A DNA stretch of 63,719 nt, the filler included, from Octopus bimaculoides (lineage: Eukaryota): the NCBI RefSeq assembly GCF_001194135.2. It is 5 parts of 5 records of this genome, joined end to end, with 100 filler letters (N's around TTAATTAATTAA, not from the genome) between each part and the next. Parts side by side here need not be neighbours in the genome. Positions count along the whole stretch, not along the records: positions 11,888 to 38,711 come from NC_068984.1; 4 more parts are not named here. One strand, written 5' to 3'. How positions within the stretch are numbered: position 1 is the stretch's first letter; the number at the start of each line of letters is the position of its first letter. Under the pieces are notes generated by a model. That model was not told the DNA's origin. It did no database searches and saw only the letters and a list, made by a program, of their open reading frames with translations. Both the position numbers and the translations under genes were made by a program. This document shows positions 25,421-37,678 of this stretch, piece after piece.

Positions 25421-26970
25421 ATGTAACAAAAGCAAAGTTTGAAGGAAATATTAGCCATTTTTCATACTTTCTAGGAATAAGCAAATAGGAAATAACAGTT
25501 GCTACTCAAAGACAGACAAAAATTATGTTACACAGTGTTATTATTAAAATAGCAACACTATCAATTATATTTATTCTTTTTAATAGCTTCCAGTGAGCAG
25601 TTTGTTTTGTTCAACATGTTTAATCTTTCGGTAGGGTGTCCACTTCTTTTGGCAGTTATCATTTTTGTAAATAGATTTGAAGATACTTTAGAGATGATTT
25701 GTGTTGGTCAAATTATTGTTGGAACATGATCGGAACTAATTCAATGTTAGCTAATATACTTTATTTATGAGCCCATATACGGCGACTTCCGGGGTCACTT
25801 GGCCCTGCTGTCTACACCTCTCGTTAGGGCGATATTCATATATCCATCCATCCATCCATCCACACGTACATACACACGCATATACATACATACCTACAAA
25901 TACATATATTTGCGCGCGCGCGCGTCTGTATGCGCGCGTGCGTGTGTGCGCTAGCGCAATACATGAAACCTCCGATTAATGATACGTAGAAGTACAATAT
26001 TTATAATCAGCAAATATCTGTATTGTCTCATTTCTTAAAACAAAAATCATATATACATATAGCAATCACCAATCGATAGAACAAATAGTTTTCTTCCCTT
26101 CTAACGTTGATATTACTTCAACATTCATAAATTTTAGCTGTTGCCGACACCCATATCACATTATTTAGTTATTATATAAGAATCTAATTCTGTATAATTT
26201 TTTCTTGACCTATTTATTGTCCACGGCTCACACCTCTCTCTTTTTGGCCATTTTTCATTTTCTATATTTATCCTATTGCCCTTGTCAATATGTTATGTCA
26301 ATACGCCTTTTGCCAATATAACTTATGAGAGTTCATAGAGGAATGTACTCGTATTATATTTAATATGATTTTAAGAGCCTCTAACATATGCATTATTAAT
26401 ATGCAGTCTTATTCCCACTAGTTACACAAATTAACCTGTGATGCAATATACAATAAATTTACCTCAGTTTATTCTGCAGTACATCATGGCGTCAAACGAA
26501 TGTTACTATTACGTCAGTAACGTAAGAAATTTATGCAGACACACATACATATTTATAATCAGCGTATACATATACATGCACATACACACATACACACACA
26601 CAAGCACGCACGCACACACACGCACACCTACACGCACGCATGCACACACACATACATGCATGCATATTTTATACTATTAATATTGAAGTGTTAATAATTC
26701 TATCTATTAATAATAATATTTTAGTAGGCAGTGTATTGAGTAGGTGTACGTGGCTTTAGCTATGACATTTTATATTGGCCTCTTTGACTTCTGCCTGCTC
26801 TATTTCCAAATATAGCTCTTTAAAAGAATAATTTAGTAGTATCTTTCTATTTGATTGAATGAAGGTATGAAAATATTAATTCTCTCTCCCCTCTCTCTAC
26901 CCCTCCCTCACCCCCTCTATCTCCCCTCTCTCTTTTTATATATATTTGTAACATATTTTCACGCACACTT

Positions 26971-27042
<72 letters not shown>

Positions 27043-27064
27043 GTGTGTGTGTGTATGTATGTAT

Positions 27065-27116
<52 letters not shown>

Positions 27117-27255
27117 CTAACGAAGAATGCCAGCACTTTAAACTTATAGATTTCTAGAAGTTTTCACGCTTTTATCTATCAACCCATTTGCTTAATTATC
27201 GCCATACATATGTTAATTTATTTCTATAATTGAATAAATACACGCGCACATACAA

Positions 27256-27286
<31 letters not shown>

Positions 27287-27289
27287 TTC

Positions 27290-29460
27290 TTTATTTGTGA
27301 ATTAAGGCTACCATAGGTTTCATGTAAAGAAAAGTAGGAAGATATCCTAGTGTCTTAACAATTTTTCAAACCAATCACATGGAGAAAGGTGTTCGCCTCT
27401 ATTTTGGGAAACACAGCTCGAAGATTCACGTGAATTCACGTGAATTCACGTGAATAAAACAATGAATCAATGTATCAAGGGACGTTACTCTTGGATGGCT
27501 TCTCTTAGTTGTTTGTCTCCCTTGGATTTGTCTTTTAGGTAAGTCGAGGCAGTTCGTCATTGGGCCATATTTCTCCTGTGTGTGGAGTTTGTGTGCTATG
27601 TGTGTTCATATTTCACGTGTTGGAAAGGGGCCATCCTGGTGGGATTACCGTCGCAGATAGTAGCTCCTTGAAATATTTGAGTGCAAAATATTTCGTCTGT
27701 ATGCAGGGGGAGAAGGTTTCATCCCTAATGTTTAGGTTGTTATCTGTTGATTGTATAATGTTTAACTTTTCAGTAATACAGAGTTCACATTTGGTACCCC
27801 GTCCTCTGTACTTTTTGATTTTAGCCATAATTTTCCATTCTGTCTGGAGGTTGCTTATTCTACCTTCTTTAAATGTCCATATCATATTTGACAGGGATGT
27901 TGCATGTTTTTTTTAAAAAAGATTATCTCTGAATGATGCCAGACGTTGTGTATACCTTTCCTTGAACGCGTTGCTCGTCATTCCGATGTACGTCGTTGCT
28001 ATTCCGTTGGGGGTCTGTGATCTTGGCCTTGTATACGAGTTCTTTCTCGAGACAGTTGTTGTTTAGAGGCCAGCGGTTTGCGGATCTACAGTTTCATTGT
28101 CTTTCGGGGTGTTTCTGGGGTGTTTATATTTATTGTGATTGAGTATTATTGAACCTATATTGGGGAGGCAACTATAGCTAACTTTAATGTTGAAAATCTT
28201 GTGATATTTGTGTGAATGTGGAAAGTGGTTGTCTATTAATTTTAAGAATTTCCTAGCTATGTTAGTAGCTACATACATACTCTGTCTGCATCTTCTTGGT
28301 CTATTAATATTTGGTTCAATGTAGTATTCTTGAAGGTGGACCTTTTTAATGCAGAGTTATAATATAGGGTGACCTTTTCAAAAGTATCAAATGTTAACCA
28401 TTTGTCTAATTACTGCTGGTGGGTGGTTGAAACCTATATCTATGTACAAAGCTTCCTCGTTTGGTTGGTGGTAGTGTTTAAATTTTTCTGAGTTAAGATT
28501 TATGTTAATGTCTAGGAAGTTGACTTCTAATTGTGATTCTTAGGCCTAATTGGCTAAATATTTGGCATAATGTTTTCGTTATTCTATCTATCTCATGTCC
28601 GTTTTTATTGTACACTTCTCCCAGGCCATCGTGCCTATATAAACCTATGTTAGCTTCTTTTATTTCTTTTTTTAAGGATGTCTTGGATATAAAGGCCTAT
28701 GAGATCAGCTATCTCTACATCGTCATAGCTCTCCATTTCCACCTCAAATCGCGTCTCCATTCTTTTTTTTACCTAATATAAATTATCATGAAAGAATAAT
28801 GACTTTCTTGCGTTCAAAATTATATCTATATCAGTATTTTTTATACTGACATATGTCTTACTAAATTCAAGTACCTTCTGAAGCAAGCTTTTGGAGATCG
28901 AGGGGTAGAACTCTACGATATAGAACTGTATAAATTTGCATTTGGATTTATCTTTCATTTTTTTAAAATCATTCAGTAGTTGCACTACTGCATATCCATC
29001 GAGTAAAATTTGAGAGTGCTCTGATGTGTTGTATAATATTATCCAGTATGGATTTACTAATAATTACTATTTCGCTTTTTGTGGGATTTATTAATCTACA
29101 GCTAGAATTTTGCGTGAAGTTATCTTTACGGTCTTTCAGAGTTACTAAAGGATTTCGTGGGATAAGCTTTTGTACTTTGTCTTCTATTTTAAACTTTGTG
29201 GCTGAATTCTTTGCTTCTACATTAATTGAATTATAAGTGTTGGGGTTTGTTTACTTGTATGTCTTAATTATGTTGCCGGCTAATAATTTGTTGTGTGTTT
29301 GGCTGTTTACTTCATAAATACTTTTTTTGTTTTATCTGCTTTGATAAACATGTTTGTTGATGTTTTAAAAGGTTCAATGTATGTCTGTAATGTGTGTTGG
29401 AACTTGTTGAATTTTTGGTTGAATTTTACATTTCTAACTAACTTTATAAGATCGTCATCA
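27290..29460 (-). mobile_element. Decayed Naiad-type Penelope-like element
   Basis: NPTKSEIVIISKSILD; KFIQFYIVEFYPSIS; ESYDDVEIADLIGLYI; GLYRHDGL; TNIARKFLKLIDNHFP...KVSYSCLPN; CxCx5Cx5C-like motif; YIGMTSNAFKERY; CELCITEK...LNIRDE. Motif set recalled as typical of the Naiad clade. Confidence 0.85.
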
Positions 29461-30894
29461 TATATATATATANNNNNNNNNNNNNNNNNNNNNNNNNNNN
29501 NNNNNNNNNNNNNNNNNNNNNNNNNNNNNNNNNNNNNNNNNNNNNNNNNNNNNNNNNNNNNNNNNNNNNNNNNNNNNNNNNNNNNNNNNNNNNNNNNNNN
29601 NNNNNNNNNNNNNNNNNNNNNNNNNNNNNNNNNNNNNNNNNNNNNNNNNNNNNNNNNNNNNNNNNNNNNNNNNNNNNNNNNNNNNNNNNNNNNNNNNNNN
29701 NNNNNNNNNNNNNNNNNNNNNNNNNNNNNNNNNNNNNNNNNNNNNNNNNNNNNNNNNNNNNNNNNNNNNNNNNNNNNNNNNNNNNNNNNNNNNNNNNNNN
29801 NNNNNNNNNNNNNNNNNNNNNNNNNNNNNNNNNNNNNNNNNNNNNNNNNNNNNNNNNNNNNNNNNNNNNNNNNNNNNNNNNNNNNNNNNNNNNNNNNNNN
29901 NNNNNNNNNNNNNNNNNNNNNNNNNNNNNNNNNNNNNNNNNNNNNNNNNNNNNNNNNNNNNNNNNNNNNNNNNNNNNNNNNNNNNNNNNNNNNNNNNNNN
30001 NNNNNNNNNNNNNNNNNNNNNNNNNNNNNNNNNNNNNNNNNNNNNNNNNNNNNNNNNNNNNNNNNNNNNNNNNNNNNNNNNNNNNNNNNNNNNNNNNNNN
30101 NNNNNNNNNNNNNNNNNNNNNNNNNNNNNNNNNNNNGTGTGTATGTGTATGTTTTTGTGCGTGCGTGTGTGTTTGTGTGTATGTGTATGTTGTGTATATG
30201 TGCGTTGCTGTGTACGTGTGTGCGTGCGTTTGCTTCTGTATGTGCGTGTGTTGTTTATGCCCATGTGTGTGTGATTGTATGCGTGTCTGTGTGAGTGTGT
30301 TGTGTTGGTGAGAGGTGTGTGTGCGTGTGTATGTGTATGTGGGTGTGTGCGCGCGTGTGTGTATGTGTGTGGACGTGCGTGTGTGTGTGGGATTGTGATG
30401 TGTGTGGGATTGTGAGTGTTAGGTACGTGTGCGTGTGTGTGTATGCGCGTGCGTGTTTATGTGTGTCTGTATGTGTGTGTCCGTGTGCGTGTGTGTGTGT
30501 GTATATGTTGTGTATATGTGCGTTCCTGTGTGTGTGCGTGTGTGCATGTGTTTGCTTACGTACGTGCGTGCAAGTGCGTGTGTCATTTATGCCCCTTGTG
30601 TNNNNNNNNNNCGTGCAAGTGCGTGTGTCATTTATGCCCCTTGTGTGTGTAGTTGTATGCGTGTTTATGTGAGTGTGTGTTGTGTATGTGAGAGGTGTGT
30701 GTGCGTGTGTGCATATGTGTATATGTGTATGTGTGTACGTGTATGTGTGTGTATGTGTTATATATATATATATAACCGTTTTTCATACTTTCTGCGCGCG
30801 TATGTGTGTTTGTGTGTGGGTGTGTGTGTCTGTGTCTCTGTGTGTGTTGGGGTCTGTATATGTAAATTATTCTCTGTTTTTGTTATTACTACAG

Positions 30895-31016
30895 GAGCTG
30901 CTAATGGATGGGAACGATCCGTTGGATGAAGCGACTAACAATCCCTTAGAAACAATGAATGGCTGTTTGAACCTTTTGCTTAGCCTGAAGGCCACTGAAG
31001 CTTTAGTGGAATCTGA
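30895..31016 (+). CDS. Putative internal exon (ELLMDGNDPLDEATNNPLETMNGCLNLLLSLKATEALVES)
   Basis: tttttgttattactacag acceptor and TGA|gtgagt donor; 122 nt with only one open frame, phase 0 in and phase 2 out. Confidence 0.7.
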
Positions 31017-31710
31017 GTGAGTCATATCACCTCCCTCTTACACTTACACTACACGAAATATAGATATATTATACACACATGCACATGAGTGTGTAACGTT
31101 TATAAGGTGACGCGTGACTGTATCTGTAATACATGATTCTTCTCTTTCTCAAGACAACTCGTGTTGTAATGTATGGGAGTAGGCATAGTTGTGTGGTTAG
31201 AACAACGCTCCCAGATTTAGGATACCATAGCGCATCACAATGAGAAGTGTCCTCTAAGATTCTTTATGTGAGTTCGTGTGTTGAAGCATATTTTGTGTCT
31301 GGAGAGAGTCATTCTCTTTTAGTGCCTTATTATTATTTAACACACTCATCCGTAAAGTTTTCACCCATTTACTTATTTATATTTCCTAAAATTTTCGTTG
31401 CGTCTTGCAACCTTTTCAATAGTCGTTGACTCTGTCCGTTATCCGAGCTGCGGTCTTTTTGTTTGTGCGCATGTATGTGGGTCACTGTGTGTGTGCATAC
31501 ACATGCATGCATGTATGTATGTATGTATGTATGTATGTATGTATGTATGTATGCATGCATGCATGCATGAATGTATGTATGTATGCATGTATGTATGTGT
31601 GTGTGTGCGCGTATGCATATGTGTATGTGTGTACTTTTGTATGTATGTATTCTGCATATTCATGTGTTTTTGTCTGTGTATTTGTGTTTGTGTGTTTTTA
31701 TGTGTGTCTG

Positions 31711-31745
<35 letters not shown>

Positions 31746-32074
31746 CTCTGTTTCCTTTTGTGTGTGTGTTTGCGTATGTCTGTGTGTGTGTATGGATTTT
31801 TGTGACTATGTACTGTGTCTGTATGTGTATTTCCATATGTGTGGATACGTGTCTCCATATGTGTCCTTGTGTAAAGTGAAGTGTGTGTGCATATGGTCAT
31901 GTGTTTCAGTCTTTATTTGCGTTTGTGTGTTTGTATGTGTGCTTGTCTGTTCATATTACCTATGTACCTATCCGTCTGTATGTCTATCTGTTTACATTCA
32001 TATCCATTTGCTTACATACATGTGCATATACATATACGTATAAACACACACAGACATACATGTATCTACAAAAC

Positions 32075-32310
32075 ATTAACTGTAGAACATATCTAGTTCT
32101 ATAATTAATGCTAGGGTTAATCCTACATACTATGCAGTTATCATTGGTGCATATGGTATTCTTAAATGGGTACGTGCTACATATTTGTAATATGATGGTT
32201 GAGTTCCCTGGCTTTTCAACAATCTTAATGTTGAGTTTGGTCTCCTTCAGAGCTTTCTTAAATCTACGGGCTAGTTCTTCATGACCCGTGTCCTCTAAAA
32301 ACATCACTAC
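32075..32310 (-). mobile_element. PLE linker fragment (pre-GIY-YIG)
   Basis: ELARRFKKALKETKLNIKIVEKPGNS...YPFKNTICTNDNCIVCRINPSINYRTR. Confidence 0.75.
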
Positions 32311-32404
32311 TTGATATTTGTCGGTTTTATACTATGTGTTCACACTGTTTGCTTTGTCACAAGCTCTTTGTATTCTATTCCAGTCTTTGCTTCTATATCT
32401 AGGG

Positions 32405-32800
32405 CAGGTACTCAGGACGTACCCCACTGAGAATACCATATGCACCAATTATTATAACTGCATGGTATGTAGGATTAACCTTGGCATTAACTGTAGAACT
32501 AGGAATATCGTCTATAGCAAAAAATGCATAGAAGGTGCTTGTAAAGACATGAACATGACATACATAGGGGAGACATCTAGGAGCAATGCAGAAAGACTAA
32601 ATGTACATTTGAGACAATATTGATGACAAAAACAGTCCACCATACTTTACCATCATGCCAAGGACCAACATGGAAGCAACCTAGGTAAACTTGACATCCG
32701 CTTTTTATCCAAGCGCCCAAAGGACCCAACCCTCAGTACGTCCTCATAAATGAAACATCCCCAGTACTAAATAGAAAATATACGTAGTAGGTAATCATAC
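32405..32800 (+). mobile_element. PLE GIY-YIG endonuclease fragment
   Basis: YPTENTICTNYYNCMVCRINLGINCRTRNIVYSKKCIEGAC...YIGETSRSNAERLNVHLRQY..QKQSTILYHHAKDQH. Confidence 0.85.
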
Positions 32801-33492
32801 CACCATACCCATAATTTATACTTGTATACAGGTAGAATAGTTAGCAAGCTGCTATGTAGATGTATCTATGTGTGTATGTGCGTATGTATGTGTGTATGTA
32901 TACGTATACGTATATGCATGTGTATGTAGGCAAATGGATATGAATGTAAACATATAGACATACAGATGTATAAGTACATAGGTAATATGAACAGACAAGC
33001 ACACATACAAACACACATACGCAAATAAAGACTGAAACACATGACCATATGCACACACACTTCACTTTACACAAGGACACATATGGAGGCACAAATCCAC
33101 ACATATGGAGATACATATCCATATATACAGACACAGTACATAGTCACAAAAACCCATACATACACAGACACACTCAGACAAGCACACAAAAGGAGACAGA
33201 GATACACACACACGCACACACACATGCAAACACACATATAAAAACACACAGAGACCCACACACATGCACACAAACAAACAAATAGAACGCAGCTCGAAAT
33301 TTTGGGAAAAATTTTGGGAAAAATAAATAAGTAAATGAGTGGAAACTTTANNNNNNNNNNNNNNNNNNNNNNNNNNNNNNNNNNNNNNNNNNNNNNNNNN
33401 NNNNNNNNNNNNNNNNNNNNNNNNNNNNNNNNNNNNNNNNNNNNNNNNNNNNNNNNNNNNNNNNNNNNNNNNNNNNNNNNNNNNNNNNNNNN

Positions 33493-33564
<72 letters not shown>

Positions 33565-33573
33565 CTGCACACA

Positions 33574-33793
33574 CACGAGGCGGTGCCGAAAAGTTCCTGG
33601 TTTTGGCTAAAAGAAAATACTGGAGGATCAGTTAATTATGGTTGTATTCAACATATTCCCCTCTAAGATTTACTCACTTATTGCAGCGGTCCTTCAGTTT
33701 TTCTGAGCTCTATAAAAGAACTCGGAAGGTTGAGCCTCCAACGAGGCTTTTCGCGATGCTTTTACAGCCAGGAACTTTTCAGCACCTCTCGTA
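33574..33793. mobile_element. Mariner-like MITE (~220 bp)
   Basis: Left end cacgaggcggtgccgaaaagttcctgg; right end reverse-complements to tacgagaggtgctgaaaagttcctggc; TA at the right end. Confidence 0.8.
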
Positions 33794-34238
33794 CTTACAG
33801 ACACACAAACATATGCACACACATCTACGTACGTATATTTCTCCTCTCGTTCCTTCCCACGCCACCAAATCTCAGTCCAACGCCTCCTCTCCTGCAACGC
33901 TGTTGCAATTACACTAGCATACAGCTGTCACTCCCGCACACATAAATACCAAAAGCAAGCATATACTCACGCACACGCGCACACACCAGGACAAAAATAC
34001 ACGCACGCATGCATATATGTTCTTCCAGATACGCACGCACTCATACATTTATACACAAATGCAAGAACGTAAATCTTACGCATACACACCCATACAAGCA
34101 TCCTAAAGACGTTCGCGTACGCCCGCGTAAACAACAGGCACTAAGGCACGCATATTCACGCATGCACACACACACACACACACACAACCAATAACACCCA
34201 CATTCATGTATTCGTACATCTGGTATATATTTACAAAT

Positions 34239-34277
<39 letters not shown>

Positions 34278-34799
34278 CACACAGAGCCGGCCTTACCTCT
34301 GTCAGCTCCCAGACACCAAGACGCTACAAGCTTCCTGTCCAGCCACTCGGTCCAAGAAATTCTCCTTTCTAACAAATCTGGTGTTTCTGAATTGCAGATT
34401 TCACATCTAATAACACTATGTGATCAATACCAACCCGTTTTCTAGTTGCCAACTTGAACTCACAGTATCCGTCTCGGACTTCCTGCGTTCCTTCATTCAC
34501 TAAACTAAGCCTGAACGAGACGAGATTCTCTTAGAAACCCGCGTAACTTTAAGTCGCATGGAGACAAATCAAACTTTTAAAAATAATAATACATGTAACT
34601 GCTACTAGATATATTGGGGGCCTTTTCGTTCGTTTGTTCACTCACCTATACATACATAAGGGCTGTTTTCTCGTATACAAGCAAAGCATCGCTAGAAAGA
34701 ATCATTGAAATGAGTCATTGATAATAAAATATAAGGTCCTTATATGACTCTTGAGGCCCGCCAAAGATTTGCACATTTTATTGTATAATACACAGTTGT

Positions 34800-35030
34800 G
34801 CTGGCTGGCAGAAGGAACCGGTACCACAGAATGAAGTCTTTTGACATGTTTTTTTAATCTTCCAACTGAACGGCACACCTTTCCATTGGTTGCACATGTC
34901 CTGTCGTCAACAATAGTGTATCATAATTTACAAGGAGTCGATAACCATGGCTTCTTTTATGGCTGACCAGGCCTGCACGACTTAAGCGTGACTGAACCCA
35001 ATAGGTTAAGCCCAAATCACCGATTTTTCA
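34800..35030 (-). mobile_element. Possible 3' end of an RTE-like LINE ORF2 (terminal C2H2-like motif)
   Basis: Minus strand reads RLSRAGLVSHKRSH; the upstream Cys pair is only recoverable with frameshifts. Confidence 0.45.
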
Positions 35031-35107
35031 GTTTTCTCAACAATGGGTACATCTTTCGTCGGTATACATTCGCGAATGATGTACACATTTATTGCAACCA
35101 CCCTTAC

Positions 35108-35146
<39 letters not shown>

Positions 35147-36131
35147 GTGTGTGTGTGAGTGTGTGTGTGTGTGTGTAAATGTATGTATATATGTATGTGT
35201 ATATAATAAAAGTAGACAAATCAGTTATCAAGCATTGTTACAATTCTTGCATTAGGAGTTTTTATTTTGACGTAAGGGAAATACAATTAGTTAGATTGTA
35301 TAATACGTTACATAACTCCCAGTCAGGCAACCAGGTAAACAGTTGAGTAACGACTTGTTGATAAAGCAACAAATTATCAATAAGTGAAATTTCTAATCAG
35401 AATACCAGCATTTAAGAAATTTAAAGTGGTCGTCTGCGAGCAGTCCATCAAGAAACGATAGTAGAATAAGTTCGCAAATATAAAGTCAATAAGGGGTACC
35501 AGGATTTATAAGAGTCATTAAACTCAGCAATATCGCTTGCAAAGGCGAGCAGAAACAGAAATTACTCAAATATAGTAGACAGCAGGCGTCCTCTCTCTTA
35601 CATAGACGCACACACATACATAATATATATATAAATTAAATAGAAAATGGAGAAATTGTTGATCAACAACAAATTGACTACCATCGATTATTATTTTTCT
35701 TTTAAATACAAAACTTTATCCCATCTAACAGCCGTTTCTGCTTCCAATGTTCGATAGCGCTGCTAAAGAAAATTCCGAGAATAATATTCGTCATATTCTA
35801 TTCGTCATATTCTATATTCGTCATATTCTGGAGCTTCATCGGAGTGAAGAAAAATACATAAAATAAAAGAAAAGAAAAGAGCCCCGAGAGAGAGGAGGAA
35901 TGGAGGCTTAATATAGTTGCATCATATCAGTTAGCAGTGTAAATGACTAAACTTTTTGTTATTGCATGTACCTTATGAGCATGATATGCTTGCATACGTA
36001 TGCCCATACATACATGTGTGTGTGTGTATGTATGTATTTAAGGTTACTTTTATAATAATCACTCGTTTATTTATCTTTTATCAAAACCAACCAATGAACC
36101 AACTATCAAATCAATCCCAATATAATAACAG

Positions 36132-36306
36132 TAGTTCCAGTGACAGCGACAGTGATACAGATTCCGAGATCAAACCTGAAGTCCAGAAGCCGCCTCAGCG
36201 TCGACGAGAATCTCGCAAGAAAAGATCAAGGTGTTTGCCACCGAGTGTTAAAGCGTCTTCTCTAAAAACTGCCTGGACGAAAGAATCTTCAAAGAAAAAG
36301 ACGAAC
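36132..36306 (+). CDS. Putative internal exon (SSSDSDSDTDSEIKPEVQKPPQRRRESRKKRSRCLPPSVKASSLKTAWTKESSKKKTN)
   Basis: ataacag acceptor and perfect AAC|gtaagt donor; 175 nt, only one frame open through the exon. Phase 2 in completes GA+T = Asp with the exon at 30895-31016. Confidence 0.7.
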
Positions 36307-37625
36307 GTAAGTGTTTCCGGCATTACTGTCATAAATGAGGTGAAATATTAAACTGTTTAGGTAATGCTCTTTTTCTGAACAACAAATCCTAATCTGTGGC
36401 AGTATCACATCTTAATACATCATATATCTTTATCATATATAATAAGCTGTGTAAATATATTATGATATGCGATAACATATCTTAATCATAAATCTTAATG
36501 TAATAAAAATCGTAGATAATTTTCCTTTACAACCTTTAGAAATTTGATTGAATTTCACTTTAGAAATTTGATTGCATTTCATTAAGAATTTTTATAATAT
36601 ATTTATATTGCAACAAAAACAGATTGTTGAGTCAATATACAAAGCAAACGAGGAATGTAACAAATCGTTAAAAATACAAGTATATACATGGTAGAAGTTT
36701 TCTTTGTTTCTGTCAATGTTCCTTGTTTCTATTAATGCTCCTTAGAACTGATATTTTGAGCAACGTCTCCCGTTCCTTGACACCACAAACCGCAGTGTTG
36801 AGTTGATAAGCACCGATTTAAGTCGTTCGATGTTATTTGTACAAAAGTAGTAAAGGGCACAGTGATGAAGCGAATTTGTGATACGGTTACGAGATATCTT
36901 TTGACGAAATTCAAATGGGCTTACATATGCTTGCTTTCGTTCTTTGCTTTGAAATTATTGAAGAAGTCTTTTTCACTCGAAATTGAAAATATGTAAACAT
37001 GTTTCTTTACCTACATTTAACAACGTGATAAATATTCTTTGAGACTTGATAGAAGATGAGCAGAGATCTATCAAACAGATTTAAAAGCATGACTATGGTT
37101 CATAAAGAAGGATGATGTTGATGATGTTCTTGTCATTGCCGTCGTCGTCTTTGCTGTCGACGCTTTGCTCCAGGTCAGCTCTAACCAAATTGACGTGATT
37201 ATCAACGATGTTTCAACAGTGGCCCTCCAGTATTTTTGTGAAATATAGTATAACCAATAGTTAAAATGTGATACTTACTGGAGTTGGAGTTAATCTAATG
37301 ACGTGAATGGGAAGTTAGAATATACAGTAAATAATCAAATATCCAAAACAGTATTGTTTATGAAGTTCTTGTTAAAGTTGATGTTAGCCCTTTGTCAGCT
37401 GTGATCAAGCGGATCTATAATAAAGATATCCTAGTCATGATGGTTCCGATCTTTTACAAACATTAAGATGTGATTCAAGGGAAATTTACTAGTTATTTTT
37501 AGCAAGTTGAGCATTCACGAGCGCTTCACTGGTCCCATATTTCAACCAAGCATAGAAAAGTATCGAGAAACTCTCTCCCCCCCACACGCGTTCTCTCTTT
37601 CTCTCCTCCTCTATCTAGCTGTAAG

Positions 37626-37656
<31 letters not shown>

Positions 37657-37678
37657 TGTGTGCATATGTGTGAAACAC

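Larger units (their letters stand above)
31352..33350. repeat. ~2 kb imperfect inverted repeat enclosing head-to-head PLE fragments
   Basis: 31352-32075 matches the reverse complement of 32855-33350, e.g. gtgtccttgtgtaaagtgaagtgtgtgtgcatatggtcatgtgtttcagtctttatttgcg versus 33020-33080. Confidence 0.85.

Noticed and set aside
27290-27610. SECIS or hammerhead in the Naiad 3' region
   Set aside because: The ATGA motifs present lack the expected spacing to an AA loop and a pairing helix, and the hammerhead core is not recognisable by eye.
30567-30646. 35-bp direct repeat either side of 10 Ns
   Set aside because: Typical unmerged contig overlap.
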